Below are positions 1 through 10,601 of a stretch of 64,000 nt of DNA, piece after piece (position 1 is the first letter of the stretch; each line of letters begins with the position of its first letter). The position numbers were made by a program, and so were the translations under genes. The stretch is from Chloroflexota bacterium (GTDB lineage: Bacteria; Chloroflexota; Dehalococcoidia; Lucifugimonadales; Lucifugimonadaceae). Location: NCBI GenBank assembly GCA_027618835.1, contig JAQCHZ010000004.1:40715-104714 (forward strand), read 5' to 3'. The notes beneath the pieces are model-generated. The model saw nothing but the letters and a program-made list of their open reading frames with translations, had not been told where the DNA came from and searched no databases.

Positions 1-393
1 AAAATAGTTGAATCAATAAGCCAGCGCACGGGAGAGTCGATCGTTTCAAGCGGAGCGGTGGCAGCGAACGCACTCGGTCTCAGCACCCAGATCCCAATGC
101 GCGAGCTTTTCCTGACTTCTGGACCCAGCCGTTCGGTAAAGATTGGTCGACGAGAAATCGAATTACGACACGCCCCTCGATGGCAGGTAAGAGAAGGGAT
201 CGCAGGTGCAGTAATACGAGCTGTGCTTTCTCTGGGCGAACAATATTCGGAAGAGACGTTAATTCAACTTTGGCCGAAATTATCTGAAGTTGAAAGGAAG
301 CAGTTGAAAGCATCAAGTAGTTCAGCTCCTACTTGGATGACAACTGCGATCAGCAAGCAGTTTGTGCGGGATGAGGAGAAATCAGTTGTGTGA
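1..393 (+). CDS. DUF6088-family protein (type IV TA, AbiEi-like antitoxin), 5' end outside window
   Basis: Frame is open from base 1. Motif SGAVAANALGLSTQIPMRELFLTSGPSR..IG...IELRHAPRWQ is typical of DUF6088. Followed by an AbiEii-like remnant. Confidence 0.8.
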   Translation, partial: KIVESISQRTGESIVSSGAVAANALGLSTQIPMRELFLTSGPSRSVKIGRREIELRHAPRWQVREGIAGAVIRAVLSLGEQYSEETLIQLWPKLSEVERKQLKASSSSAPTWMTTAISKQFVRDEEKSVV

Positions 394-1158
394 GTCATTT
401 TTTTCGTTGAACAGGCGCGTAAAGTATGATCTGGTATTGCAAGCAAATGAGAAACTCCGTCGTCCTCCGATTCAGTTCCAGAAAGAAATAGTTCCTCATC
501 TCAGGTCGAATCTACCACCCTAGGTTGAGATTTACACCGACATCGACAAAGCGATCGTCTATGTCGATTACACGGCACTGTCAGTTACAGCACCAACCCG
601 TGCTTCGGGCTTGCTGCCGTATATTGAGACTCTTGTGAAAATCGAATTAGGGGGTGCTTCGTCCGGTAAGCCTAATCACCAAGCCGAAATAGTTAGCGAT
701 GTCAGTATGGTTGCAGGGTTAGGTGAGATCACATTGCCGACAGCAACGGTTGTTGTGATGAATATCCAGCGCACGTTTTGGGAGAAGTTGACGCTCGCTC
801 ACGTGGCTTGCATCAAAGGGGACACAAGGATTGGTGACGTTATGCTAGACATTGGCATGATCTGGCGAAGATTTATGATTCAGGTTACTGGGAAGCCTGC
901 AGGGACGATATTGAAGCGGCGAATTTAGTAGCTGTTAACAAGAAATTTTTCTACCTTTAAAACCCGGTTGACTACGAACTTGTTGTCGTAGGAAACACGC
1001 TCATAGTGCCTGAAGGCGACAGTCTCAAGTCTCTTAGGGATGACTACCAGAAAATGTTCGAGGATCGGATGTTCAACACAATGCCTGAGTCGTTCGGTGA
1101 ACTCATAAGGAAATGCGACGACATTTCCATAGCATTGAACAGCCGGAATATTCACTGA
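390..1158 (+). pseudogene. AbiEii/AbiGii nucleotidyltransferase toxin, degraded
   Basis: Fragments VKIELGG...RTFWEKLTLAH (611-835), then after a frameshift RYARHWHDLA, TAA at 958-960, then VDYE...LIVPEG...LRDDYQKM...M...F to TGA at 1156-1158. TAG at 521-523. The N-terminal KGGTSL/RFSEDID motifs are absent. Confidence 0.75.
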
Positions 1159-1257
1159 ACGTTGCCTGGGCATATCCGGCTAAGTTCGTGGTGCTGTTCT
1201 TTGTGCATCCATTTATCCTGCATCGTTGAAATAACATCTCACTATCAGAAGGTTCAA

Positions 1258-2016
1258 ATGCCAACGCACGTATCAGACGAAATACTTGATCGCTTTCGGA
1301 AGGTGACTTCCGCTACTGTGTATAGCGCTGTGTGGCGGTTGGCTCCTCCTGATGGGCAGGAGTGGTTTGCTTCGGCGAATTATCAGCTGTGCCTGATGCG
1401 GGGTGTGAAGGCTTACACGCCGGGCAAGACGTTGGTTGGACGGGCGCAGACGTTGCGGTTCGTTCCTGCACGACCTGACTTGTTGAAGCAGACTCGCAAG
1501 GGAGGCGGATCGCCTGAGTACCTAGCGATGGGCAAGTGCGGGCCGAATGACGTTCTCGTAGCCGAAGCTCACACGTTCGATGAGTATTCGTGCATTCTCG
1601 GCAACATGAAGACACGCCAACTGTGGCACAACAAGGCGCAGGGGATTGTGACCGACGGCGCTATTCGCGATTTACAGATGATTTCGGATGAATACGACTT
1701 AGCGGTGTTCGCCAAGAATCGATCGCCAGCGGGTAATTTACCGTTTTTGGAATCGTTCGAAGAAGGTCAACCAATAAACGTTGGTGGCGTACTGGTTATG
1801 CCGGGCGATGTGATTGTCGGAGACGACGACGGTGTGGTTGTGGTGCCGGCAGATCGCGCCGAGGAAGTGATCAATTGGATCGAGGAGCAGGAAGAAGCCG
1901 AGGAGTTCGTGATTGGGCTCATCGACGAAGAACAGGTTCCACCAGGAACGTACTACCCGATTTCAGCAGAGACCAAGGAACGGTTCAGGCAGTGGAAAGC
2001 GAATGGCGGTAAATAG
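1258..2016 (+). CDS. RraA / HMG-CHA aldolase family protein
   Basis: LVGRAQTLRFVP, GIVTDGAIRD and VMPGDVIVGDDDGVVVVP motifs. ATG at 1258 preferred over the upstream TTG. Confidence 0.85.
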   Translation: MPTHVSDEILDRFRKVTSATVYSAVWRLAPPDGQEWFASANYQLCLMRGVKAYTPGKTLVGRAQTLRFVPARPDLLKQTRKGGGSPEYLAMGKCGPNDVLVAEAHTFDEYSCILGNMKTRQLWHNKAQGIVTDGAIRDLQMISDEYDLAVFAKNRSPAGNLPFLESFEEGQPINVGGVLVMPGDVIVGDDDGVVVVPADRAEEVINWIEEQEEAEEFVIGLIDEEQVPPGTYYPISAETKERFRQWKANGGK

Positions 2017-2032
2017 ACGCTTGGGCGAATTC

Positions 2033-2628
2033 TCAATCGTTGCAAAGTATCAGCGAATCAGATCGCAAACATTCAAGGGTTATTTGCCTGATGCTTGGCG
2101 CGTGGAGCAACCGAACTTCCGAATCAACGATTCGCATCATTTTCTGAACGCCGCGCTCGATAAATAGTGGTTGCATGATGCTGAAGTCACTGGGTGTGCC
2201 ACATTGATGAAGCATGTAATGACGTTCGATGTTTTCGCCGTCGATTAACAGAGTTGCCTTCGTGAAACCTTTTTGCATGTGGTAGTCGGCTGCTGCTAGT
2301 TCTTCAACGTGGTGGAATGTGGTTACTGAGTCATAGCCGACACCGACCAATAACACGTATCCGTTCTCAAGTTGGGCCAGCTTTCCGAACGGTGATTTTT
2401 CATCGCAAGGTGAAACCGAAAAGGTGTGGTCGCTGGTTAATTCTTTAGCATCTGGCCCGATCGCTGCTACCGAGTGAGTCGGATGCAAGCTTCGGATCGC
2501 CTCGGGGCGTTTGCGAAACGTTTCGGGAATCCCTGCGGTCCAGCACGTTGAATTTACGGGGTCGAACACCGGTGGATTGTCGGCAGAGTGAAGTGCTGTA
2601 GCTGTAAGGGTTGGCACAACAACATTTC
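2033..2628 (-). pseudogene. AAC(3)/YokD-family N-acetyltransferase, 5'-truncated
   Basis: VVPTLT...GIPETFRKRPEAIRSLHPTHSVAAIG...SPFGKL...VLLVGVGYDSVTTFHHVEE. The N-terminal VHSSLS segment is missing; similarity stops at about 2628. Confidence 0.75.
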
Positions 2629-2630
2629 TT

Positions 2631-2766
2631 GCAGCACGGTACTGGAAGAGCAAAGACGCTACTTCGGCAGGATTTGCTGGGGCGACCGGGTTTGGCCGGA
2701 TTCGATGTGGAAGTTGAGCAGTTACTTGCCGGCGTACGTAAACTTACGATCGGTGTGGGCGTCTGA
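2631..2766 (+). pseudogene. C-terminal fragment of a phage head-tail adaptor-like protein
   Basis: AARYWKSKDATSAGFAGATGFG (from 2631), frameshift, then FDVEVEQLLAGVRKLTIGVGV* (2701-2766). The stop overlaps the next ATG (TGATG). Confidence 0.5.
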
Positions 2767-3134
2767 TGGAGCTTGCAACGGCACGAGATGCGATTGTTGC
2801 TGCTCTCGCCACGATCACGGGGCCGACCGTTGACGATCATATGGTGGATCAGTTCAGCGAGTTTCCGGCGGTGACAGTTCGGTTCAAAGGTGCTAACTAC
2901 ACCGATGCGTCGTTCAGCTTTAGCTTGCCGTTGGTTGCGAGCGGATGGGACGTGGACGAAACCGAGCTTTCGCTGCACGGCTATCTTGATTCGAGTGGTG
3001 CTGAATCGATGAAACTGGTGCTCGATACGTACGCAGGTTGCACTGTCGTTTCATCTGGCCCTATCAAGCGCCGAAAAATCGGCGGAATCGAGTATCTGAC
3101 TACCAAACTAGAGGTGGTGACTTGTGTTGTTTAG
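2766..3134 (+). CDS. Phage tail-terminator / tail-completion-like protein
   Basis: 122 aa: MELATARDAIVAALATITG...FPAVTV...LHGYLDSSGAESMKLVLD...IGGIEYLTTKLEVV. Size and pattern resemble siphophage tail terminators. Translationally coupled to the adaptor fragment. Confidence 0.55.
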   Translation: MELATARDAIVAALATITGPTVDDHMVDQFSEFPAVTVRFKGANYTDASFSFSLPLVASGWDVDETELSLHGYLDSSGAESMKLVLDTYAGCTVVSSGPIKRRKIGGIEYLTTKLEVVTCVV

Positions 3135-3368
3135 TTCGTCTAAAACTGGCCCACTTGCCAAGGTTATGAGCAATGCTGACCAGGATGGTGTCGATGTGGA
3201 TGGTGGTGATGATTCGGGCAAGAGCAATCGCCATACTAAGCAGTCAATGAGAATGGCTTCAAGTTATTCCACAAAAACGTCCTTTGAACGCATACACTTC
3301 GCCTCCAGATATTTATGTTTGATGGCGATTTTGTTTTAACGCCGTAATTGATTTGGAGTAGAACTCGA

Positions 3369-4397
3369 ATGCGTATTGGGATCATGGGTGCAGGCGGAAT
3401 CGGAAGCGTTGTTGGGGGGCTACTGTCGAAGGCGGGGCATGACATCACGCTGATCGATCAGTGGTGGGAGCATGTCGAGAAGATCAAAGCCGACGGCTTG
3501 ATTGTCGAGACTCAAGAAGACGAGTACCTTACGCACCCGAAGGCGATTCACATTCACGAGCTACAGCACGAGACTGTGCCGTTCGACGCAGCGTTCATCG
3601 CTGTGAAGTCGTACGACACGGAGTGGGCGACTACACTCATGCTCCGGTACGTCGATCCCGACCACGGCGTGTTCGTTGATTTTCAAAACGGAATAAATGA
3701 CGAACGAATGGCGGCCATCGCCGGAGTCGAACGCTCACTCGGCTGCATCATCACGATCGGCGCTGCTGCGTGGGAGCCAGGGCGCGGGATCCGGACGGAT
3801 AACTACCCGCTTGGTTTCAAAATTGCTGAGCATGATGGATCTGACACTCCCAGGGCTAGAGAGCTTGTTGAAGTTATGAGTGCGGTCGCAGACGCCGAAT
3901 TTACCGATGACCTGTGGGGGGCTCGCTGGTCGAAACTCATGGTCAATTGCATGGCAAACGCGCTGTCGGGTGTGAGCGGATACGGCACAACCGAAGTGCG
4001 CTCGGAGCTTGAGCCTCTACGAATTGGAATTCAGTTGGGCGCAGAAGTTGCACGAGTCGCTTTTGCTCAAGGTATCAATCTGTTTTCAGTTCTCGAACTT
4101 CCTGCTGAATCGATTGTCGATGCTGCCGAGGGACGGAATATTGAAGAGGTCGAGGCCGCATTTATCGAGGCAGGCAAAAGAGGCGGAGCCGGTGGTGTGC
4201 CATCGTTTGGTCAGGATGTTCGAAAGGGCCGACGCAACGAAATCGACTATCTAAATGGGCTCGTGTCGGACATGGGCAAGAAGCTTGGGGTGCCGACTCC
4301 TTTCAACGACAAGATTGTCGAGATAGTTCATGATCTTGGAATAGATTTCAAAGGCGAGCCCAAAAACATCCAGCCGCTGGTCGATATGCTGCCGTAG
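3369..4397 (+). CDS. panE: Ketopantoate reductase family protein (PanE/ApbA-like)
   Basis: MRIGIMGAGGIG, AVKSYDT, FQNG, WSKLMVN and SFGQDVRKGRRNEIDYLNG motifs. Confidence 0.85.
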   Translation: MRIGIMGAGGIGSVVGGLLSKAGHDITLIDQWWEHVEKIKADGLIVETQEDEYLTHPKAIHIHELQHETVPFDAAFIAVKSYDTEWATTLMLRYVDPDHGVFVDFQNGINDERMAAIAGVERSLGCIITIGAAAWEPGRGIRTDNYPLGFKIAEHDGSDTPRARELVEVMSAVADAEFTDDLWGARWSKLMVNCMANALSGVSGYGTTEVRSELEPLRIGIQLGAEVARVAFAQGINLFSVLELPAESIVDAAEGRNIEEVEAAFIEAGKRGGAGGVPSFGQDVRKGRRNEIDYLNGLVSDMGKKLGVPTPFNDKIVEIVHDLGIDFKGEPKNIQPLVDMLP

Positions 4398-4442
4398 CTC
4401 GTATCTTCACCTAACAAGAAACTTTCAAGAGAAGCTATAAAT

Positions 4443-5717
4443 ATGACGTTCAAGATTGCACTGGTTGGCTGTGGTGGAATGGGTCGTCGACACGCCCACG
4501 GATACATAGAACTTCGCAAACATTTCGACACTGTTGAGATGGCAGCTGTGTGCGATGTGCACCATGACGTTGCGGCTACTGTTGCCGGTGAAATCGGTGA
4601 AGCGACCGGCGCTACTCCCGATATCTATACCGACTTCGACGAAATGATTGCCAAGGCAGATCTCGACGGAGTGGCGATTGTCACAAGCACGCCGATGCAC
4701 CATCGATTCGCCATTAAGGCGATGAATGCCGGGCTGCATGTCATCACGGAAAAGCCGATGGGGCTAACGCTGAAGGCTTGTCGGCAGATGCGGGAAGCAT
4801 CGGAGTCGACAGGCAAGGTCGTCGCCGTTGCTGAGAACTACCGACGCGACCCTATGAATCGACTCACCAAAGCTTTGATCGATTCAGGCGCGATTGGTAC
4901 GCCATATTTCGCACTTGATATCGGAGTGAACAGCTCCGATGGCGCGGTGATGCACAGCACGGTTTGGCGTGCCAAGAAAGAGCAGGCAGGTGGCGCACCG
5001 CTTGATGCTGGTGTGCACAACGCCGATATGTTGCTATATCTAATGGGCGGTGCGAATTCCGTTTTCGCTGAGACTGCGATAAATGAACCACAGCGAACAC
5101 TTCGACCGATGAGCGAGGTCGCTCCGGTGCTCGCCGAAATGTACAACCATCGAAAAGAAGTCGGCTACTCGACCGGAGATATCGTCGAGCAAACTGCTGT
5201 CGATACTGCCTTTGGAGTGATTCGCTTCAAGTCGGGAGCGATTGGTCAGTTGCTAATGACCGACACGTCGCATGGTCAGTCACTGGGAGTTTCGACGATT
5301 TCTGGAAGTAACGGAACGATGTATCGACCTCGAAGTCGATCGGGCGAATCTCCTCGCATCGTTCGAAACGATGGAAGAGAGATCACCGGCGATGCATTGC
5401 TTGAATTGGTTCCTGATTTTGAGCTCGATGATACGACTTCGATTTTGTGGAACGGCGCGCGTCGGACCAGTTCGTACGACATGAATTTCCGTGAGATAGA
5501 TTCGAAAATTCTTGCGTACGAATATCTCGATATGGTTCAGGCTGCCGAATCAGGTGGTCAGCCTGAGGTTGGCCCCAAAGAAGGTATGGACGCTCTGGCA
5601 CTGGCGTATGCTTTGATGGAGTCGGGTATGAGCGGGTTACCGGTAACCGTCGAGGATGTCGCCGAGGGCAAGGCTTCGGCGTTTCAAGACGAAATCGACA
5701 CCGAGATGGGTATTTAG
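4443..5717 (+). CDS. Gfo/Idh/MocA family oxidoreductase
   Basis: IALVGCGGMG, HVITEKPM and LDAGVHNAD motifs. Confidence 0.9.
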   Translation: MTFKIALVGCGGMGRRHAHGYIELRKHFDTVEMAAVCDVHHDVAATVAGEIGEATGATPDIYTDFDEMIAKADLDGVAIVTSTPMHHRFAIKAMNAGLHVITEKPMGLTLKACRQMREASESTGKVVAVAENYRRDPMNRLTKALIDSGAIGTPYFALDIGVNSSDGAVMHSTVWRAKKEQAGGAPLDAGVHNADMLLYLMGGANSVFAETAINEPQRTLRPMSEVAPVLAEMYNHRKEVGYSTGDIVEQTAVDTAFGVIRFKSGAIGQLLMTDTSHGQSLGVSTISGSNGTMYRPRSRSGESPRIVRNDGREITGDALLELVPDFELDDTTSILWNGARRTSSYDMNFREIDSKILAYEYLDMVQAAESGGQPEVGPKEGMDALALAYALMESGMSGLPVTVEDVAEGKASAFQDEIDTEMGI

Positions 5718-5821
5718 GTTTCGTTTGGGTTCGGTGCCGCACCTGTTCTACAAGCTGACGTAGAGCAGGGATTCACAGCTGTCTAAGGTTGAAATTATTG
5801 GGCTGACTGGAGAATTCTCGA

Positions 5822-6250
5822 ATGGTTATTCGCTGCTTAAAATATGGCATAGCTGCTTTGTTATTAGTGTTAATTGCTATTCAGGCAATTCCGTATGGAC
5901 GTACAGCCAGCAATCCCCCAGTGATTTCAGAACCTGAGTGGGACACATCGGTCACCAGAGATTTGGCGGTTCGTGCTTGCTTTGACTGTCATTCGAACGA
6001 GACTCATTGGCCGTGGTATTCCCGAATGGCACCTGTTTCATGGTGGACTTTGGACCATGTCTAAGAGGGTCGGGAGGATCTCAATTTTTCTGAATGGTCG
6101 TGGGATTACGACGAGATAGACGAGGTTTCAGAATCGGTCATGGAAGGCGAAATGCCTCCCACCTACTACACGCTTATTCCTGGCAAGAGGAATCTTTCTG
6201 AGATAGAGCGTAAGAACCTCCTCCGCGGGCTTATTGCAACGTTCGAGTAG
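5822..6250 (+). pseudogene. Haem-binding domain (Haem_bd) c-type cytochrome with premature stop
   Basis: Signal/TM segment, then RACFDCHSNETHWPWYS. TAA at 6062-6064, then the same frame continues EGREDLNFSEW...EGEMPPTYY to TAG at 6248-6250. Confidence 0.85.
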
Positions 6251-6322
6251 AGCGGTGGGGCTAGAATCCGTTCTGGTGATGATATTGACGATGATTAGTT
6301 CGCCATGCCCGGTTAACGCGAA

Positions 6323-6352
6323 CATCCTCCCCCTTACTCAAGGGGGAGGATG
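6323..6352. terminator. Hairpin between convergent genes
   Basis: catcctccccctt-actc-aagggggaggatg, a perfect inverted repeat. Confidence 0.7.
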
Positions 6353-6364
6353 AACTTGAACTGA

Positions 6365-7302
6365 CTAATCCGCTGAAGGCGGGATTACCAATACCGGGCG
6401 ATGCGCAGCTCGGATCGTCTTGTCGGTCACACTACCGAAAACCCAACGCTTCAGTCCACCTGAACCGTGAGTCGCCATCAGAATGATGCTTCCTTCAGTT
6501 TTGGCGGCTTCGTTGACGATCTGGATCGACGGGTTGCCCACACGAACCTTCGCCTGTGCTTTGAGTCCTGCTTCAGCGTTATCGACGAACTGTTGCAGGT
6601 ACTTTGCGGAGCTTTCTTCAAGAATCTTAGTGTCTAGATCTTCGGCGTAGACTGCAGCGCCATAACCGACACCGGCCATGTCCATGCCGTAAATCGGAAC
6701 TTTCCACTATTTCAGTGAAAACCAAGTCAGCACCAGTTGCCTGCGCAAGAGCTGTTGCTGGAGCGATCGCCTCTTCAGAAAGTACCGAACCGTCGAGCGG
6801 AACAACGATGTGTTGCACGAATCCAGAACCAACGCTTTCATCGCTCGTGTCTTCTGGTTTAAGAACAAGCAGCGGAATCGAAGTCGAGTGCAACACTCTG
6901 TCGGTGACGCTACCGAGGATTCCACGTGCAAGCGCAGATTCACGCCGGGTCGACATCGCTATGAGGTCGGCACCAATGGTGTTGGCCTCGGCGACGATCG
7001 CCTCAGCTGGGGAGCCTGTGACCACTCGGACGTCGATTCCGATTCCTGTTGCTCGAAGACCTTGCGACTTCGGCTTCAAGATCGGCTTTGACCTTAGCGG
7101 ATATCTTGCTAATTATTCCGTCAGGAGCGGTAGCGCCGACTAGACTGTGAGGCGCCGCCTCAATGATTTGAATATTTTCCGGGTCGATAACCGTAACGAG
7201 AGTCAGGTCAGACTTGGTCGCCTTGGCGAGCCCAACAGCCCAGCGGAGGATCGTTCGAGATTCCGCAGAGTCATCAACCGGAACCAGATTTTTCCAAACA
7301 CT
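6365..7302 (-). pseudogene. Tandem-domain universal stress protein, frameshifted
   Basis: Split over three frames: LVPVDDS; ADLIAMSTR...ILGSVTDRVLH...HIVVPLDGS; ILMATHGSGGLKRWVFGSVTDK. Confidence 0.85.
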
Positions 7303-7481
7303 ACGTACCTCATAAAGTGCGAGTGGAGTCACTCGCCAGCCCTTTGAACTACTTTAGTATCCAAATTTGGTATGAGATTCACCAAGGTAACAGGGGGCTC
7401 CGCATGCGTGAAGGTTGTGTGAATAGATGCACAACGGGTGTGTATTCACACAACTCATGAGAGTTGATTCAAGCAGACAAT

Positions 7482-8399
7482 TTAGTCGGGCGAGGCAGAG
7501 TCGCCATAGCCAGATTTCAGCTTTGCGAACTCTTCATCGGTGAGCGTGCCATCAAGAGCCGCAATGTTCGATTCAAGGTGGGCGATGCTTGATGTCCCGG
7601 ATATGACCGTTGTTACTTCGGGTGGTTGGGCGGCGAACTGGTATCCCTTGCGAATCAGCTCCGACGAATCACCGCCTGAGAGCCAATTCAGGGCGTTCTC
7701 ACCATCGTTGTCACCCCACTCGGTCATGCGTTCATTCAGCTTTTCTGGTCGAGTGAGAGTGAGGCGAACCGGCGCCATGTTCAGAATTCCGGTCTTTGAC
7801 GATTTAGCCAACGGGAACGAACGTTTAGCCGGCCATTGATTCATGATGCCGTACTTGAACATCACCGAATCCCAAACATCGGGATGACGATCCATGGCCG
7901 TGGACATCGCTTCGTTCTTCGTGTCCATGGTCAGCATTTGAGTGACACCTAAAAAACGAGTCTTACCTTGCTTTTGGAGCTTCTGCATCACTTCGATGTA
8001 GCCTTCAGCAAGTTCATCGTACTGATGAGGAAGCATACCGTGAATCTGGAAAATATCGACGTAGTCCGTCTGCATACGATCGAGGCTTTGCTCAAGCGAG
8101 TTTACGATCACATCGGGGTCGGTAACGATGCCATCTTCCAGCCGATACGACCACTTAGTCGCGATCAGAAACGAGTCGCGTGCATGGCCTTTGATGGCAC
8201 GACCTAGCATCGCTTCCGATTCGCCATAGGCTTCTGCCGTGTCGAAAAGATTTACACCGAGTTCAAGCGCACGACTCACTAATCTCGCCCGCCCGGCATC
8301 ATCCACGCCCGTTGCCTGTCCGAACTTCGATGGCCCACCGGTTCCGTAGCTCAGGAGTGAAACGTCTACGCCGGTATCGCCAAGTTTTTTGTACTGCAA
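7482..8399 (-). CDS. Aldo/keto reductase
   Basis: LGDTGVDVS, FDTAEAYGESE, IATKW, SLDRMQTDYVDIFQIH and GTSSIAHLESN motifs. Confidence 0.9.
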   Translation of the reverse strand: MQYKKLGDTGVDVSLLSYGTGGPSKFGQATGVDDAGRARLVSRALELGVNLFDTAEAYGESEAMLGRAIKGHARDSFLIATKWSYRLEDGIVTDPDVIVNSLEQSLDRMQTDYVDIFQIHGMLPHQYDELAEGYIEVMQKLQKQGKTRFLGVTQMLTMDTKNEAMSTAMDRHPDVWDSVMFKYGIMNQWPAKRSFPLAKSSKTGILNMAPVRLTLTRPEKLNERMTEWGDNDGENALNWLSGGDSSELIRKGYQFAAQPPEVTTVISGTSSIAHLESNIAALDGTLTDEEFAKLKSGYGDSASPD

Positions 8400-8415
8400 T
8401 TTTTATAGGGTTCTC

Positions 8416-9465
8416 TTAGAATTCAAGGATTGCGCGACCAAGTATTTTGCCGCTTTGTAGGTCGTCGCACGCTTCGTTGATCTGGTCGAGGCTGTACCGC
8501 TTGGTCACCATTTTATCGAGCGGGAACTTGCCTTCTTTGTAGAGTCGCAAGTACATGTCGAAATCTTTGTCAGGGTAAGTTGCACCGAGCGAACCACGGT
8601 ACTGTCGCTGGTGGAACATAAAGTGTCCCGGCCAAACAGTCATTTCGGGCCCAGGCATGCCGATTAGAACCGCCATTCCACCAATGTTGTCGGCACCTGA
8701 ACCGCCGCTTTTCGTTACAGGCAAAATCTGCTCATTAGTTATTTTTAGGCCTATTGCGTCAAACGCGTAGTCGACACCGCCGTTGGTCATTTCGATAATT
8801 GTGGCTACAGGGTCGACCTTCGCCGAATTCACTGTATGGGTTGCACCGAACTGCTTTGCAAATTCGAGCTTTTCATCATCGATATCAACAGCGATGATCG
8901 GGTACGCCTGAAGCACTGCTGCCATTTGAATCGCCGACAGACCGACTCCCCCAACGCCGAATACGGTTACCGATTCTTCGGGTCGAACTTTCGCCGTGTG
9001 GGTAACGGCTCCGGCTCCAGTGAGAATTGCGCAACCGACGATCGAGGAAAGATCTCTGGGAGCGTCATCAGCTACTTTGACCGCGTAGCCGCCCCAGACG
9101 ATCGCATCTTCACCCCACGTGTAAGTAGCGCCTTCAAGTGGCTCTTCGTTCCACGTGACTCCGGCAGAAGGAGCTTTCCAACGACCTTGAATCGGATCGC
9201 GCGGAACCCACGTCACTATCGCTGCATCACCCTCTTTGAGGTGAGTAATATCAGAACCGATTTGAGTCACAACTCCGAAACCTTCGTGCCCGAGCAGGGC
9301 AGGAGTTGGGCCTTCTGGATTGTTCATTTGGTGTAACTGCGAGTGACAGACACCGCTTGAATAGAGCTTCACCACGACTTGATCGGGCTTGGGGTCGGGA
9401 ATGTTGATCTCGTCGACTACAAGTTCCTTGCCGTGTCCGACATGAATTGCGGCTCTGCTTTTCAT
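8416..9465 (-). CDS. Zinc-binding (MDR) alcohol dehydrogenase
   Basis: SGVCHSQ, LGHEGFG, VGCAILTG and FGVGGVGLS motifs. Start at MKSRAA. Confidence 0.9.
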   Translation of the reverse strand: MKSRAAIHVGHGKELVVDEINIPDPKPDQVVVKLYSSGVCHSQLHQMNNPEGPTPALLGHEGFGVVTQIGSDITHLKEGDAAIVTWVPRDPIQGRWKAPSAGVTWNEEPLEGATYTWGEDAIVWGGYAVKVADDAPRDLSSIVGCAILTGAGAVTHTAKVRPEESVTVFGVGGVGLSAIQMAAVLQAYPIIAVDIDDEKLEFAKQFGATHTVNSAKVDPVATIIEMTNGGVDYAFDAIGLKITNEQILPVTKSGGSGADNIGGMAVLIGMPGPEMTVWPGHFMFHQRQYRGSLGATYPDKDFDMYLRLYKEGKFPLDKMVTKRYSLDQINEACDDLQSGKILGRAILEF

Positions 9466-9724
9466 CGTTGTCTGTTCCTCTGCCGGGCGTGAATTGCTCA
9501 GCGGTTTAACGTGTTCGCACAAGAGGGGTCTGAATAGTCGGCAAGTTTAGCATCGGCAAGCCGTGGAGGCGCGTTATTAAACATTTGGATTCATCAGAGA
9601 GTACAAGCCTTAAAGAGACGATTTGGGTATCGAATACGAACCTGATTCGTGGCTACACTTGGTTGTTTTCCACTCGTCTAAACAATAATTCTGTCGTTCG
9701 CCGACAAGGTGCTTGCATTTCTAG

Positions 9725-10574
9725 ATGATTGATCTGTTTCCGCTGGATGCATCGCTCGGTCAGCTGATTATTCTTGGCATTTCCACCTTCGCACTGGGGA
9801 TCTTCGCGGGGATGGTCGGGCTTGCGCTGGGTGCGATTCGGTATCCCGTATTGTTGCTTATGGGATTCAATCCGTTTGTAGCGGCGGGAACGAATCTTGG
9901 AGTATCAATACTCAGTGGCACCGCCGCATCGTGGCCGCACTGGCGTGAAGGCCGAGTTATCGGTCGTGTAGTGCTGGTTAATCGGGCTGCCGACAATTAT
10001 CGGATCGTTGTTAGGTGGATTGTTTGCAGATAGCGTTCGAGTGTGGGTTTTGCTCACAGGTATCCGTGTTCTTCAGGCGATTTCTGCGGCCACAACATTT
10101 TGGCAGTGGCGCACCGCCCGCCGCGTCGCACGTAGAGCAGTAGATGATGGCACCATAAATTCCATAGATGCCACATCGCACGGCATTTCGCTGAAGTTTC
10201 GGTCTCAGACTTTGTACGGCGTGATCGGTTTGCTTATCGGCATTGCCGCCGGAACATCCGGGCTTGTCCTAGCGTTTTTGCGAATTCCAGTTTTGATCAA
10301 CGTGCTCCGCATGGGGCCTCGTTACGCAGTAGGCACAAACAACGCCATTAGCGTTCTCGCCGGAATATTTGGATTCCTGGGGCATGCCGTGAATATGAAT
10401 TTTGATGTATCCGTGCTCGCTGTAATGGGAATCACCGGCATGATCGGAAGCTTTATCGGCGCAAAGCAAACGGGAAGAGTGAGCTCGATCACGATGCGAT
10501 TGGTGATAGCGATCTTGCTGGTGGCATCAATGCCCATCATCGTGGCACGAATCTTTTCGGCTTACCCGAATTAA
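9725..10574 (+). pseudogene. TauE/SafE (TSUP) family transporter, frameshifted near 9980
   Basis: Two overlapping hydrophobic ORFs carrying AAGTNL and AVGTNN repeats. Removing one base near 9980 restores VLVIGLPTIIGSLLGG. Confidence 0.75.
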
Positions 10575-10601
10575 TCCGCACCACGACAAGTGTGATCTTG
10601 C

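Noticed and set aside
2033-2628. Functional aminoglycoside resistance gene
   Set aside because: The gene is 5'-truncated, and the family includes many YokD-like proteins with no resistance role.
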